A DNA stretch of 53,953 nucleotides from a virus. Lineage: Duplodnaviria > Caudoviricetes. The notes under the pieces were generated by a model, which was given only the letters and a program-made list of their open reading frames with translations, ran no database searches and had not been told where the DNA came from. The translations under genes and the position numbers were made by a program. Of this stretch, positions 35,762-44,340 are shown piece after piece. The stretch spans positions 1 to 53,953 of IMG/VR virus record IMGVR_UViG_3300044740_000035. One strand, given 5' to 3'. Each line of letters begins with the position of its first letter. Position 1 is the stretch's first letter.

Positions 35762-36289
35762 ATGACCGTCCTGCCCGAGCCGACGCCCACCGCCCCCGCG
35801 GCCGGGCAGGCCACGCCAACCGACGCCGACCGCGACCGGATCCGCCGACTCTTTGCCGCAGTCGACGAGATCGACGCTGAGACGCCGACCGCGGTCCGCG
35901 TCGAAGACCCGGCCATCCCGTCCTGGAAGGACGGCGCCCGCATCGGCGACACGCCGCCGGTTGCCCAGCCCGGCCGTGCTCCGATGTCGCAGAAGGCGGT
36001 TGACGACACGGCCCGCATGATCGGCGCAAGCGTCCTCGTTGCCACCACCACCGGCGGAACCGCCACGATCATGTACGTCAGCCAGTTCGCCAACCCCGTC
36101 GTGTGCGGCATCGTCTTCGGCGCGCCCACAGCGCTTGTTCTCGCCCTCGGCCGCCTCGTGAAGAAGGCGAAGGGTGCACTCCCCGACGTGACTGTCAACA
36201 ACTACGACGGCGCCACCGTCTACCAGGACCGCCGCGAAGTTCGCAGCAAGACCACCGGAGTCATCGTCAAGAACACCAACCAGCAGTGA
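35762..36289 (+). CDS. Membrane protein (Spd-like)
   Basis: RBS aggag; two hydrophobic segments. Confidence 0.68.
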   Translation: MTVLPEPTPTAPAAGQATPTDADRDRIRRLFAAVDEIDAETPTAVRVEDPAIPSWKDGARIGDTPPVAQPGRAPMSQKAVDDTARMIGASVLVATTTGGTATIMYVSQFANPVVCGIVFGAPTALVLALGRLVKKAKGALPDVTVNNYDGATVYQDRREVRSKTTGVIVKNTNQQ

Positions 36290-36300
36290 GGAGAACCCGC

Positions 36301-36519
36301 ATGCCCGACATGTGGAACGGCAAGGCCCTGCCGGAGCGTGGCCGAGCCTTCACCGAGATCCACTACCGCCTGTACGACCGCCGCACAGGCCGGCTGCTGA
36401 GCTTCAACTCGACGAACAGCATCGACGGCCTCGTCACCGACGTCCTCCGTACCCAGCAGGAGAACCCGACCGCCCAGATCTTCGCCGTCGAATACGACGG
36501 CCCCGCCTACCCGAACTGA
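36301..36519 (+). CDS. Hypothetical protein
   Basis: RBS gaggag. Confidence 0.65.
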   Translation: MPDMWNGKALPERGRAFTEIHYRLYDRRTGRLLSFNSTNSIDGLVTDVLRTQQENPTAQIFAVEYDGPAYPN

Positions 36520-36530
36520 AGGAGAACCCC

Positions 36531-36785
36531 ATGTGCCACTCCGAACCGACGATCTACGGCATGTCCCTCGATCTCGCCATGCACATCGACGACGGTATAC
36601 CCGACTGCTGCTACGGCCCGATGGCGAAGGGGAAGGAGGAAGCCTGCACCTGCTGCGCTCCGGAGGACACCGATGGTGCTGGCACGGGCGTTCACGTTGA
36701 ATACAAGTGCGGCGATTGCGGAACCGTCGTCGAAGTCGACGGGCTCGGCCTCGTCTTCGACATCCGCGAGAAGACGGCGGCCTGA
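36531..36785 (+). CDS. Cys-rich small protein
   Basis: RBS aaggag; CC, CTCC, CGDC. Confidence 0.62.
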   Translation: MCHSEPTIYGMSLDLAMHIDDGIPDCCYGPMAKGKEEACTCCAPEDTDGAGTGVHVEYKCGDCGTVVEVDGLGLVFDIREKTAA

Positions 36786-36983
36786 TCAGCCCGACATGCC
36801 GGGGCCCCGTCCGCCTTCTGCGGCCGGGGCTTTCGTCGGTGCGGGTACGGCGCGGGCCATCCATCCGTTGCCGATCGTGTCGGTGGGCGGCATGCGGGTG
36901 GCGAGGCCCAGCGTCAGCAGCAGCTGCAGCCCGGCCGCCGTCTCCGCCTCGTCGTCGCCCTGCACCGTGAACCTCAACGCCAT
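36786..36983 (-). CDS. Small hypothetical protein
   Basis: CACACT-N6-ATG leaderless-type start; high GC3. Confidence 0.55.
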   Translation of the reverse strand: MALRFTVQGDDEAETAAGLQLLLTLGLATRMPPTDTIGNGWMARAVPAPTKAPAAEGGRGPGMSG

Positions 36984-37052
36984 ACCGGCAGTGTGCCGGG
37001 CCGGGTGGGGGAACGGGGCGGGAACGCAGGATCTGGGCTATCCGGCTGCTGC

Positions 37053-37436
37053 TTACGCGAGTTCCCAATCCCCGCTGTCTTTGAGGGCCATGGCTCGTCC
37101 GCAGCCCGCGCACGTCCCCGCGGTGATCGGTGTTCCGGTCGTGAGCGTCGCGATCGGCCGGTGGTTGAGGCAGTGCCCTGTGCTGCGGACGCCGACGGCG
37201 AGGGCGGCTGCGGTTCCAGGCTGCGGCTGGACGCCGCAGAGGTCGTGTTCAAGGACAGCGATCCGCGTGTAGTTCGCGCGCGGCAGCACGGGCGCTGGTT
37301 GTCGCCAGTCGTGGGCGATCCGGTTCCAGAGCGGCAGCGGCCAGCGCAGCCAGAGGGGCGCGTCCTGTTCGGTGCCGTACAGGCCGCAGGCGGCGCCGTA
37401 CACGACGGCGAGGCTCAGGAGTAGGAGCGGCGTCAT
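37053..37436 (-). CDS. Hypothetical protein with an N-terminal hydrophobic segment
   Basis: ATGA coupling; C-terminal C.H..CAGC. Confidence 0.62.
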   Translation of the reverse strand: MTPLLLLSLAVVYGAACGLYGTEQDAPLWLRWPLPLWNRIAHDWRQPAPVLPRANYTRIAVLEHDLCGVQPQPGTAAALAVGVRSTGHCLNHRPIATLTTGTPITAGTCAGCGRAMALKDSGDWELA

Positions 37437-37693
37437 GCGTCGGGCTCCTCGTCCGGGCGCGCCGGGCCGTCATAGAACCCATCGAGTTGCACGTTCAGCT
37501 CCGCCAAGTCCGGGTGTTGCGCGATGTCCTGCGCCACGGCCGCATTCCAGGCGTCGACGAACTTGCGCATGGACCTGGACGCGAGCGCGGCCTCTGCTGC
37601 CATGTCGAGTTCGGCTGCCTTCTTTCGGTACAGGCCAGCGAGGATACGAAGTCGCTGGGCCTGGAGTTCGTACTCGTCGGGCTTCTCGCTCAT
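37433..37693 (-). CDS. Hypothetical protein
   Basis: MSEKPDEYEL...; RBS aggag; coupled. Confidence 0.62.
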   Translation of the reverse strand: MSEKPDEYELQAQRLRILAGLYRKKAAELDMAAEAALASRSMRKFVDAWNAAVAQDIAQHPDLAELNVQLDGFYDGPARPDEEPDA

Positions 37694-37938
37694 ACGGTCT
37701 TCTCCTGGGCCGGGCGCACCGGGCCCGCGCTCGGGTCCGGGTCGATCATGTCGGCGGCATCCTGGAGGCCCATGTACTCGGGCTCGCTCTGGGTGTAGTT
37801 CTTGTCCGCCGCGTCCCGGAACTTCGCCGCCCACTCGCGCAGGATCTCGGCACGATAGGCGTCGAGGTTGGCCTCGGCGCGCGGCGTACTCAACCCGGCC
37901 TGGCGGAGGTACGCGAGGAGGCGGTCGCGCTCGCTCAT
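37690..37938 (-). CDS. Hypothetical protein
   Basis: MSERDRLLAY...; RBS gaggag; coupled. Confidence 0.62.
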   Translation of the reverse strand: MSERDRLLAYLRQAGLSTPRAEANLDAYRAEILREWAAKFRDAADKNYTQSEPEYMGLQDAADMIDPDPSAGPVRPAQEKTV

Positions 37939-38486
37939 GGGGTCTTCTCCTCGCTGCTCGCCGGGCGCTCGCTCGTCTTGCGAAGCCGCTCGGCGCGGTG
38001 GGTCGGGATCAGGATTCGGTGGGGCCCGAAACGACGGTTGAGCTCCTCCCACCTCAGGTCGCTGCTTCGGTACCCGGCCATGTGTTTCCACCTGTCGCCC
38101 TGTCGCCGCCAACGACGCCGGTTCGGAAGCACCAAGACGTCCGTTCCGACTGGCGGTTCGGGCTGCATCTCGGCACTCAGGCCCTGCTCGGACAGCCGCT
38201 TCCGCCACCACGGTGCGGCCATGTACGCCTCGAACTCCTCGCTGTACGTCGGCGACACGGTGATGCCGGTGTTGCACGGTGTGCACAGCAGCCCACGCAC
38301 GGCCCATCGGCCGACCTTGAAGTCGTGGTCCACGACCAGGAAGCCGTGTTTTGTCTGCTCGGGGGCAGCGCCGCAGATCTGGCAACGGCCGCCCGCGTGC
38401 TCCCAGAGGCGGTCGTACTCGGCGCAGTCGAGCTGATAGACGCGGTGGCTGCAAGGGCGCCCCTTGGGCTTCACGTGGCCAGTCAT
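37935..38486 (-). CDS. Endonuclease VII-domain protein
   Basis: GRCQICG...L.VDHD...VRGLLCTPCNTGI. Confidence 0.85.
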   Translation of the reverse strand: MTGHVKPKGRPCSHRVYQLDCAEYDRLWEHAGGRCQICGAAPEQTKHGFLVVDHDFKVGRWAVRGLLCTPCNTGITVSPTYSEEFEAYMAAPWWRKRLSEQGLSAEMQPEPPVGTDVLVLPNRRRWRRQGDRWKHMAGYRSSDLRWEELNRRFGPHRILIPTHRAERLRKTSERPASSEEKTP

Positions 38487-38704
38487 CAGGACGGCTTCAC
38501 CTTTCCGTCGCGGATGCGGGCGACGTATTCGCGGGTGAAGCCGGACGCCTTCACGACCTCGTTCAGCCTGCCGCGCACCTGGGGCTCGCCGCGCTTCTCA
38601 GGGAAGACCTGCGGGATCAGCTCGTAGACGCGGGCCTTGTCCCGAGCGATGCGTTCGGTGAGCCGCCGGATCTCTTCGATCTTCTGCTCGTCGGTGTCTG
38701 CCAT
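38486..38704 (-). CDS. Small HTH DNA-binding protein
   Basis: LNEVVKASGFTREYVARIRDG; CATACT-N6-ATG leaderless start. Confidence 0.68.
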   Translation of the reverse strand: MADTDEQKIEEIRRLTERIARDKARVYELIPQVFPEKRGEPQVRGRLNEVVKASGFTREYVARIRDGKVKPS

Positions 38705-38751
38705 GACCTCAGTATGCCATCTCTGTTGGCTGACTCAATGGGCCAACCCTG

Positions 38752-38780
38752 TTGACATGAGGACTGTGTAGGCATACTCT
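38752..38780 (+). promoter_or_regulatory. Housekeeping-sigma promoter
   Basis: TTGACA-N17-TACTCT in an AT-rich divergent gap. Confidence 0.7.
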
Positions 38781-38818
38781 GTAGTCATTATCAAAGAGGA
38801 ACCAGCAAGGAGACCCGG

Positions 38819-39037
38819 ATGACCGGCCAGACCACCGACGTCGAGATGAACTGGACCACCGAGACGCTTCGCTCCGGTATTGCGCTGGAGGTCGCCTCCG
38901 ACGACCACGGTCTCCTGGGTACGCCCGGCACGTGGTACCGGGTCCGCCAGGGTTTGCACGTCGCGCTGACCACCCGCAACCGAGGCGACGCGCTGCGCCT
39001 GTTCCAGCGTCGGGTTCGCCTGGTCTCCGGCGCCTGA
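38819..39037 (+). CDS. Hypothetical protein
   Basis: RBS aaggag downstream of the promoter. Confidence 0.65.
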   Translation: MTGQTTDVEMNWTTETLRSGIALEVASDDHGLLGTPGTWYRVRQGLHVALTTRNRGDALRLFQRRVRLVSGA

Positions 39038-39109
39038 CGGCCGACCTGCTCCGCCCGGTCTGCTCGGCCGGGCCCCACGCCACCGCACCACCGCACCGAG
39101 GGGGACCCC

Positions 39110-39451
39110 GTGAACGCCGCCGCCCAGCACCGTCGGGCCGTCATCCGCCAGCGCACCCGCACCCAGCGCGCCGCGTCCCGCATCGAACGGCGCGGCAACG
39201 GGACGCTGGCCTCGCACTGCATCGCCCAAGGGCTCGCACCGAAGCAGGCCCGGTTGGTTGCTGGCACGCTGCGGAAGAAGGCCGCCGAGCTCGGCATCGC
39301 CGGCCAGGCCGCCCGCATCCACGCCGGCCGCCGGATGCGGAATGACTGCCGCAGGTACACACCCGCCCAGGTCGCCCAGATCGCGATGGTCTACAAGCCC
39401 CGCAAGCCGGCGTACAAGCTCGTCGCTGCCCGCCTCGCCCTCGCCGCTTAG
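39110..39451 (+). CDS. Basic hypothetical protein
   Basis: RBS gagggg; Arg/Lys-rich, YKPRKPAYK. Confidence 0.68.
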   Translation: MNAAAQHRRAVIRQRTRTQRAASRIERRGNGTLASHCIAQGLAPKQARLVAGTLRKKAAELGIAGQAARIHAGRRMRNDCRRYTPAQVAQIAMVYKPRKPAYKLVAARLALAA

Positions 39452-39460
39452 GAGCCCGCC

Positions 39461-39670
39461 ATGCTGAACCCGCTCACCCGCTGGGAGCCCGGCATCCTCG
39501 TCCGCTACCACGGCAGCCTCGCCGACCTGCACGGCACCTACCAGGCCCACCCGTGCCGTTGCCTGCGCTGCGACGATCCGATCCTCGGCACCGCCCGGTT
39601 CCGGCTGGTTGACGCCAGCGGGACGACCGTCGTGTCCTGCGTCCGCGCCCGCTCCATCACACCCGCCTGA
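39461..39670 (+). CDS. Hypothetical protein
   Basis: RBS aggag; VRYHGS..HG.Y..CRC.RC. Confidence 0.65.
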   Translation: MLNPLTRWEPGILVRYHGSLADLHGTYQAHPCRCLRCDDPILGTARFRLVDASGTTVVSCVRARSITPA

Positions 39671-39721
39671 CCCACCAGCTCGCCGCGCGCATGCTGCTCG
39701 CGGCCTGAAAAGGGAGCTCCA

Positions 39722-39994
39722 GTGACCGAACTCGCCAACCGCCAGCCGCAGTCGAGCGGCCCGATCGTCTGGGTCCTCTCCATGGGCGAGGACCACGAAG
39801 GCGGCGAAGTCCTCGGCGTCTACGCCTCAAAGGAAGCCGCCAAGGGCCCGTTCGTCGAGGCCGCGAAGCGCATCCCGTTCGACCTGGACAACGCTTGGCA
39901 GGACGAGGAGAGCGGGGCCGTGCACGCGCACGGCGGATGTGACTGGGTCTCGTTGGAACCGCACCCGCTCATCACCGCCCAGCAGATCGGCTGA
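39722..39994 (+). CDS. Hypothetical protein
   Basis: RBS agggag; VWVL...EG..VLGVYAS. Confidence 0.65.
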   Translation: MTELANRQPQSSGPIVWVLSMGEDHEGGEVLGVYASKEAAKGPFVEAAKRIPFDLDNAWQDEESGAVHAHGGCDWVSLEPHPLITAQQIG

Positions 39995-39998
39995 CGCC

Positions 39999-40268
39999 GT
40001 GATCGCCCCGCTCCGCTTGAACGTCCCGCTCCCGGACGGGATCGCCTCCCGTATCGGCCGTGACCTCCCGCCGCGCGTCCAGCATGCGGTGGGGGTGGCC
40101 TCCCGGGCGGGCAGGCTGCTCACCAGCCGCGAGTTGGCCGCCAGCCCGGACGGGGTGCGCGGTGCGGTCGCCGTGGGGCTCCAGGCGCGGATCGCAGGGG
40201 CGAACAAGATCCTCGCCGCCACAGCCCCCGACTCGTACACCGCTGGGCGGATGTGCCCAGCCTTATGA
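39999..40268 (+). CDS. Hypothetical protein
   Basis: High-GC3 ORF filling the gap; start uncertain. Confidence 0.45.
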   Translation: MIAPLRLNVPLPDGIASRIGRDLPPRVQHAVGVASRAGRLLTSRELAASPDGVRGAVAVGLQARIAGANKILAATAPDSYTAGRMCPAL

Positions 40269-40282
40269 ACTAGGAGAACCTC

Positions 40283-40723
40283 ATGGACTTCCAGACCGCC
40301 CTCAACACTGTCATCGCCGAACTCACCCCCCAGCCCTGGGACTACACCGACAACGCAGGGACGACCCTCACCGTCATCCCCGCCGGGCTCCGCGAAGCCC
40401 CCGGCTACGGCGAGGTGCTGGTCCGGGCGACCGCCGGCAAGGCCACGGCCGCCGAGATCGGCATCACCACGACCTACATGGTCAGCCTGCTCCACGCGCT
40501 GGAAACCCGCACCAGGTGGGAGCACTCCACGCCCTGGGGCTCTGACCTCGACGTCATGCCCGGTGACGACGGCGGCATGGTCCTGGTCGTGACCGAGACG
40601 GACTACGAGAGCCAGGGCTACCCGACGACCGCAGTGACGGTCCGGGCCCCCGAGGAGCAGCGTCTACCGCTCGCGTCGGCGCTGCGCCGGGCGCTGGACG
40701 TCGCCCGCGGCTGGGAGGGCTGA
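40283..40723 (+). CDS. Hypothetical protein
   Basis: RBS aggag; high GC3. Confidence 0.72.
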   Translation: MDFQTALNTVIAELTPQPWDYTDNAGTTLTVIPAGLREAPGYGEVLVRATAGKATAAEIGITTTYMVSLLHALETRTRWEHSTPWGSDLDVMPGDDGGMVLVVTETDYESQGYPTTAVTVRAPEEQRLPLASALRRALDVARGWEG

Positions 40724-40724
40724 T

Positions 40725-41024
40725 GTGAGCACCGAACCGCAGCCGATGACCGCCCAGCGTCTCGCCGCCATCGAGTCCGCCATCATCGCCGGCACCCTGT
40801 CGTCCGCCGACCTGCGCGAGCTCCTCGCCGAGACCAAGCGGGCCCGCGCCGACGCCGACAACCAGTACATGGAGGCGGACTACTGGCGGGAGGGCTACCG
40901 CCTAGTGAAGGGCCTGAGCGACGAGGAGATCGGCGCCATCATCGCCGTCCGCGACGCCACCAAGGCGCACCCGCAGCCCTGCCGCTTTCCGCATGAAGCC
41001 TGCGTCTGTGAGGACGACGCGTGA
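40725..41024 (+). CDS. Hypothetical protein
   Basis: RBS gggaggg; C-terminal CRFP..CVC. Confidence 0.65.
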   Translation: MSTEPQPMTAQRLAAIESAIIAGTLSSADLRELLAETKRARADADNQYMEADYWREGYRLVKGLSDEEIGAIIAVRDATKAHPQPCRFPHEACVCEDDA

Positions 41025-41149
41025 CCACCCCGCCGCCGCCCGCCGAGCCGCCGCTGGTCGAGCCCGGACCGGTGGCGGGCTGGTGGGAGGAGACACCGGG
41101 GCAGGCCGCCGACGCTGACCGACGCTACTGGAACCGAGACGAGGACTGA
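41021..41149 (+). CDS. Small Pro-rich protein
   Basis: Manual ORF coupled on both sides (GTGA, TGATG). Confidence 0.45.
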   Translation: MTTPPPPAEPPLVEPGPVAGWWEETPGQAADADRRYWNRDED

Positions 41150-41631
41150 TGAAGACCACCGACTGGCCGTTCGGCACCGACGCCGACCGCGACGACCCGC
41201 TCACCGCACTGCGCATCCCCGTCACGGGCGCGCACCCGCAGTGGCGGTACATCGCCACCTTCGACCGCGACTCCGAGGAGCGGCCCACCGCCGCAGAGGC
41301 GCGCATGCTGGCCAGCTACATCGAGGAGTACAAGGAGTACTTCTTCAACGACTGGTACAAGGCCAAGCTCCTCGAACGCCCATTGGACGTCGACGCCGTG
41401 ACGAGGATCTTCCACAAGTGGGGCGAAAACGACTGGTCCTATCGAGTCGACACCTGGCAGTACGGGCCGTTCTGGGTTCCGGTCGCACCCCGACTGCGCG
41501 GCGGCGAGTACGACTACGAGAAGGCGACCGGGCCCATGACGCTGGAGCAGGTCATGGACCGCGACCACGACATTTACCCGAAACGCTGGCTCGAGTGGAA
41601 GGCCGCCCACCCCGACGTCTTTCCCACGTGA
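41149..41631 (+). CDS. Hypothetical protein
   Basis: Trp/Tyr-rich globular ORF, high GC3. Confidence 0.72.
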   Translation: MKTTDWPFGTDADRDDPLTALRIPVTGAHPQWRYIATFDRDSEERPTAAEARMLASYIEEYKEYFFNDWYKAKLLERPLDVDAVTRIFHKWGENDWSYRVDTWQYGPFWVPVAPRLRGGEYDYEKATGPMTLEQVMDRDHDIYPKRWLEWKAAHPDVFPT

Positions 41632-41644
41632 CTGCCCCACCCAC

Positions 41645-41672
41645 AAGGCCCGCCCCGTCTGGTGCGGGTCTT
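41645..41672. terminator. Hairpin between convergent genes
   Basis: AAGGCCCGCCCC-gtct-GGTGCGGGTCTT (one mismatch). Confidence 0.5.
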
Positions 41673-41682
41673 CGGCGTGCCG

Positions 41683-41919
41683 TCAGTCTCTCTGCGGTCG
41701 CGCCCCCTGCCGACGCTGCCACCACCGCCATCCGGCCCGCGGCGCCTCCCAGTACACCGCACGCATGATCCAGTAGCAGGCGAACAGCATCCAGCCCATC
41801 AGCCAGAACATGCCGACAATCGCCTTGATCCCCAACCCGAAGAACCCGGACGCCGGCCGCCCCACCGGCACCGAAACCCGAAGCGGACCAATCCCGCCCG
41901 ACAGCCGAACCCCCAACAC
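41683..41919 (-). CDS. Small membrane protein
   Basis: VLGVRLSGG...IVGMFWLMGWMLFACYWIM TM; start just downstream of the IS end. Confidence 0.6.
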   Translation of the reverse strand: MLGVRLSGGIGPLRVSVPVGRPASGFFGLGIKAIVGMFWLMGWMLFACYWIMRAVYWEAPRAGWRWWQRRQGARPQRD

Positions 41920-41933
41920 GCACCCCCGAACAC

Positions 41934-43400
41934 GGTCACGTCCACGGACGTGGTGTACGGCTGAGGATGTGAGGGCCGCCAGAGGCGGTCCCTCACATGG
42001 CTTACTGGCCGAGGGCGGGCGGCTGGCCCCCGGGCTCGGGAGTGCCGGGCTCGGCTGACTTGCCGGCGAGGCACTCGGCAAGGATGTCCGGGCCGATGTA
42101 GCGGCGCTGTTCGGTCCACTCGTCGGTCTGCTCGGCCAGGACGGCGGTGACCAGGCGAAGGACCGCCTTGCGGTCGGGAAAGATGCCGACGACGTCGGTG
42201 CGGCGGCGGATCTCCTTGTTCAGCCGCTCCTGCGGGTTGTTCGACCAGATCTGCTTCCACACCTGCGGCGGGAACGCGGTGAAGGCCAGCAGATCGCACC
42301 GGGCGGCCTCCAAGTGGTCGGCAGCAACAGGGAATCGCTGGTGGAGTGTGTCGATGACCTGGTCCATCTGCCGCTCGATCGCCTCGGCGTCGGGCTGCTC
42401 GAACACCGCCCGCAGCAGCGTCATCACCCCGCTGACCGCGGACTTCGGAACAAGCGGCGCCAGGTTTCGGGCGTAGTGCGTTCGACACCTCTGCCACGAC
42501 GAGCCGGGCAGCGTGGCCCCGATCGCGTCCACCAGGCCCTGGTGGGCGTCGGAGATCACCAGCTTCACCCCCGACAGGCCGCGGGCCACCAGGGAGCGGA
42601 AGAAGGCGAGCCAGCCGGCACTGTCCTCGGATGTCACCGCGTCCAGGCCGATGACCTCGCGGCGGCCCTCGCCGTTCACGCCGACCGCGACCAGGCAGGC
42701 GATGTTCACCACCCGGCCCTCCTCACGGACTTTCATGGTCAGCGCGTCCGCCCACACGAACACATACGGGCCGGCGTCCAGCGGCCGGTTGCGCCACGCG
42801 TCGAGCTGGACGTCCAAGTGCTGGACGAGAGCGGAGACTTGGGATTTCGACAGCTGTGCGACCCCGAGGTCCTTCGCGATCCCTTCGACCCGGCGGGTGC
42901 TCACGCCGCGCACGTAGCAGGTGGCGATCACGGACATGAGGGCCTGTTCGGAGCGGCGGCGGCGCTCCAGCAGCCACTCGGGAAAGTAGGAGCCCTGACG
43001 CAGCCGGGGCACGGCCAGCTCGACGGTCCCGGCCCTCGTGTCCCACTCACGGGGGCGGTAGCCGTTGCGGCGGTTGACGCGCTCTTGGGTGACCTCTCGG
43101 TATTCCGCATTGCACTGGTCCTGGGCGTCCGCGCTCATCAGTGCGTTTGCGAAGGTGGCGAGCATCTGCCGGACGAGATCGGGACTCGCCGAGGCGAGGT
43201 AGTCCTCCAGCAGCTCGGGAAAGGACACACTGTGCGGAGCGGTCATCGGACGGCCTCCTCAGGAGATCTTGAAGCGTTCTCCCGGAGGCTCAGCCGATGG
43301 CCGCTGCCTTATGCCCCGCGCCACCCACACGCACGCTCAAACCACCCCGACCAGCGACGGACTCAACGACCCGCCGTACACCACGTCCGTGGACGTGACC
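41934..43400 (-). mobile_element. IS256-family insertion sequence, 1467 bp
   Basis: Perfect 28-bp terminal IRs GGTCACGTCCACGGACGTGGTGTACGGC; 8-bp target duplication CCGAACAC (41926-41933, 43401-43408). Confidence 0.95.
42002..43246 (-). CDS. tnp: IS256 (mutator-type) DDE transposase
   Basis: RNGYR.R.WDTRAG..L.VPRLR, GVSTR, WADA, VISDAH.GL, QRC..H, NPQERLNKEIRRR. Confidence 0.96.
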   Translation of the reverse strand: MTAPHSVSFPELLEDYLASASPDLVRQMLATFANALMSADAQDQCNAEYREVTQERVNRRNGYRPREWDTRAGTVELAVPRLRQGSYFPEWLLERRRRSEQALMSVIATCYVRGVSTRRVEGIAKDLGVAQLSKSQVSALVQHLDVQLDAWRNRPLDAGPYVFVWADALTMKVREEGRVVNIACLVAVGVNGEGRREVIGLDAVTSEDSAGWLAFFRSLVARGLSGVKLVISDAHQGLVDAIGATLPGSSWQRCRTHYARNLAPLVPKSAVSGVMTLLRAVFEQPDAEAIERQMDQVIDTLHQRFPVAADHLEAARCDLLAFTAFPPQVWKQIWSNNPQERLNKEIRRRTDVVGIFPDRKAVLRLVTAVLAEQTDEWTEQRRYIGPDILAECLAGKSAEPGTPEPGGQPPALGQ

Positions 43401-43624
43401 CCGAACACACGCATACCCTCCCCGGCATGCAGTAGCGGGATCGTAGCGTCAGCGCCCCGCCACGGCCCCGTGAACGGGTGAGGCTCTCCGCTCCCGTCCC
43501 GGGGTACGGGCCCTCCGCCGGGCCAGCCGCCACCCGATCGGGTCACAAGCCAGTCACACAACCACCCCACCACGCTCGGACGCCATACGCTCACCCCCTG
43601 CAACATCCACACAAGGGGGGACCT

Positions 43625-44245
43625 ATGAGCCGCAGAACACTCGCCTGCACCGCCGCCATCATCGCCATCCTCGGCGCCGGCACCGCCTGTCAGCCCGACA
43701 AGACGACCGGCAGCAGCGGCAGCACCGCCACCGCGACAGCCACCACCGACAGCAAGCCCAGCACGCAGAAGACGGTGCCGAACTTTGTCGGCATGGGGCT
43801 CCAATCCGCCCAAGACGCCGCGCAAGCCGCCGGGTTCTACACGCTGAAATCGCACGATGCGCTCGGACACAGCCGACACCAGGTCCTGGATCGGAACTGG
43901 AAGGTCTGCGACCAGAACGTCAAGGCCGGCGCCGCGGCATCCACGGACACGCGGCTGGACTTCGGCGCCGTGAAGCTCGACGAGACCTGCCCCGCCAACA
44001 CCCAGACCACGGCCACCGAAACACCCACACCGACACCCACAGCGAAGCCCACACCGACGCCGACCCGACACACGGCCGCGCCGAAGCCCGCAGCCCCCGC
44101 CCCAGCACCCGCCCACACCAGCGCGCCGCCCGTCGACGACCACGGTGGCGCGACCGCCCTCTGCAACGACGGCACACTCTCCTACAGCGCCCACCATCAA
44201 GGCACCTGCTCCCACCACCACGGGGTAGCCGTCTGGTACAAGTGA
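43625..44245 (+). CDS. Lipoprotein with PASTA-like domain, PT linker and DUF3761-like C-terminus
   Basis: Signal peptide/lipobox AGTAC; VPNFVGMGLQSAQD; ATALCNDGTLSYS.HH.GTCSHH.GV. Confidence 0.78.
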   Translation: MSRRTLACTAAIIAILGAGTACQPDKTTGSSGSTATATATTDSKPSTQKTVPNFVGMGLQSAQDAAQAAGFYTLKSHDALGHSRHQVLDRNWKVCDQNVKAGAAASTDTRLDFGAVKLDETCPANTQTTATETPTPTPTAKPTPTPTRHTAAPKPAAPAPAPAHTSAPPVDDHGGATALCNDGTLSYSAHHQGTCSHHHGVAVWYK

Positions 44246-44340
44246 CGGCCCCACAGCGGTAGTAGCCCGGCGTTGTCAACCCTCGGTGCAACAATTAACG
44301 CAGCGTCACCAGCAGCCCCGCCCCGCACCGAGGAGCCGCC

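Noticed and set aside
41799-43414. Gene interrupted by IS256 (ATG at 43414)
   Set aside because: Removing the IS joins that ATG to an implausible frame; the membrane-protein frame has its own start downstream of the IS.
44017-44115. Tandem ACACCC/ACGCCG-type repeats
   Set aside because: They encode the ordinary Pro-Thr/Pro-Ala linker of the lipoprotein.
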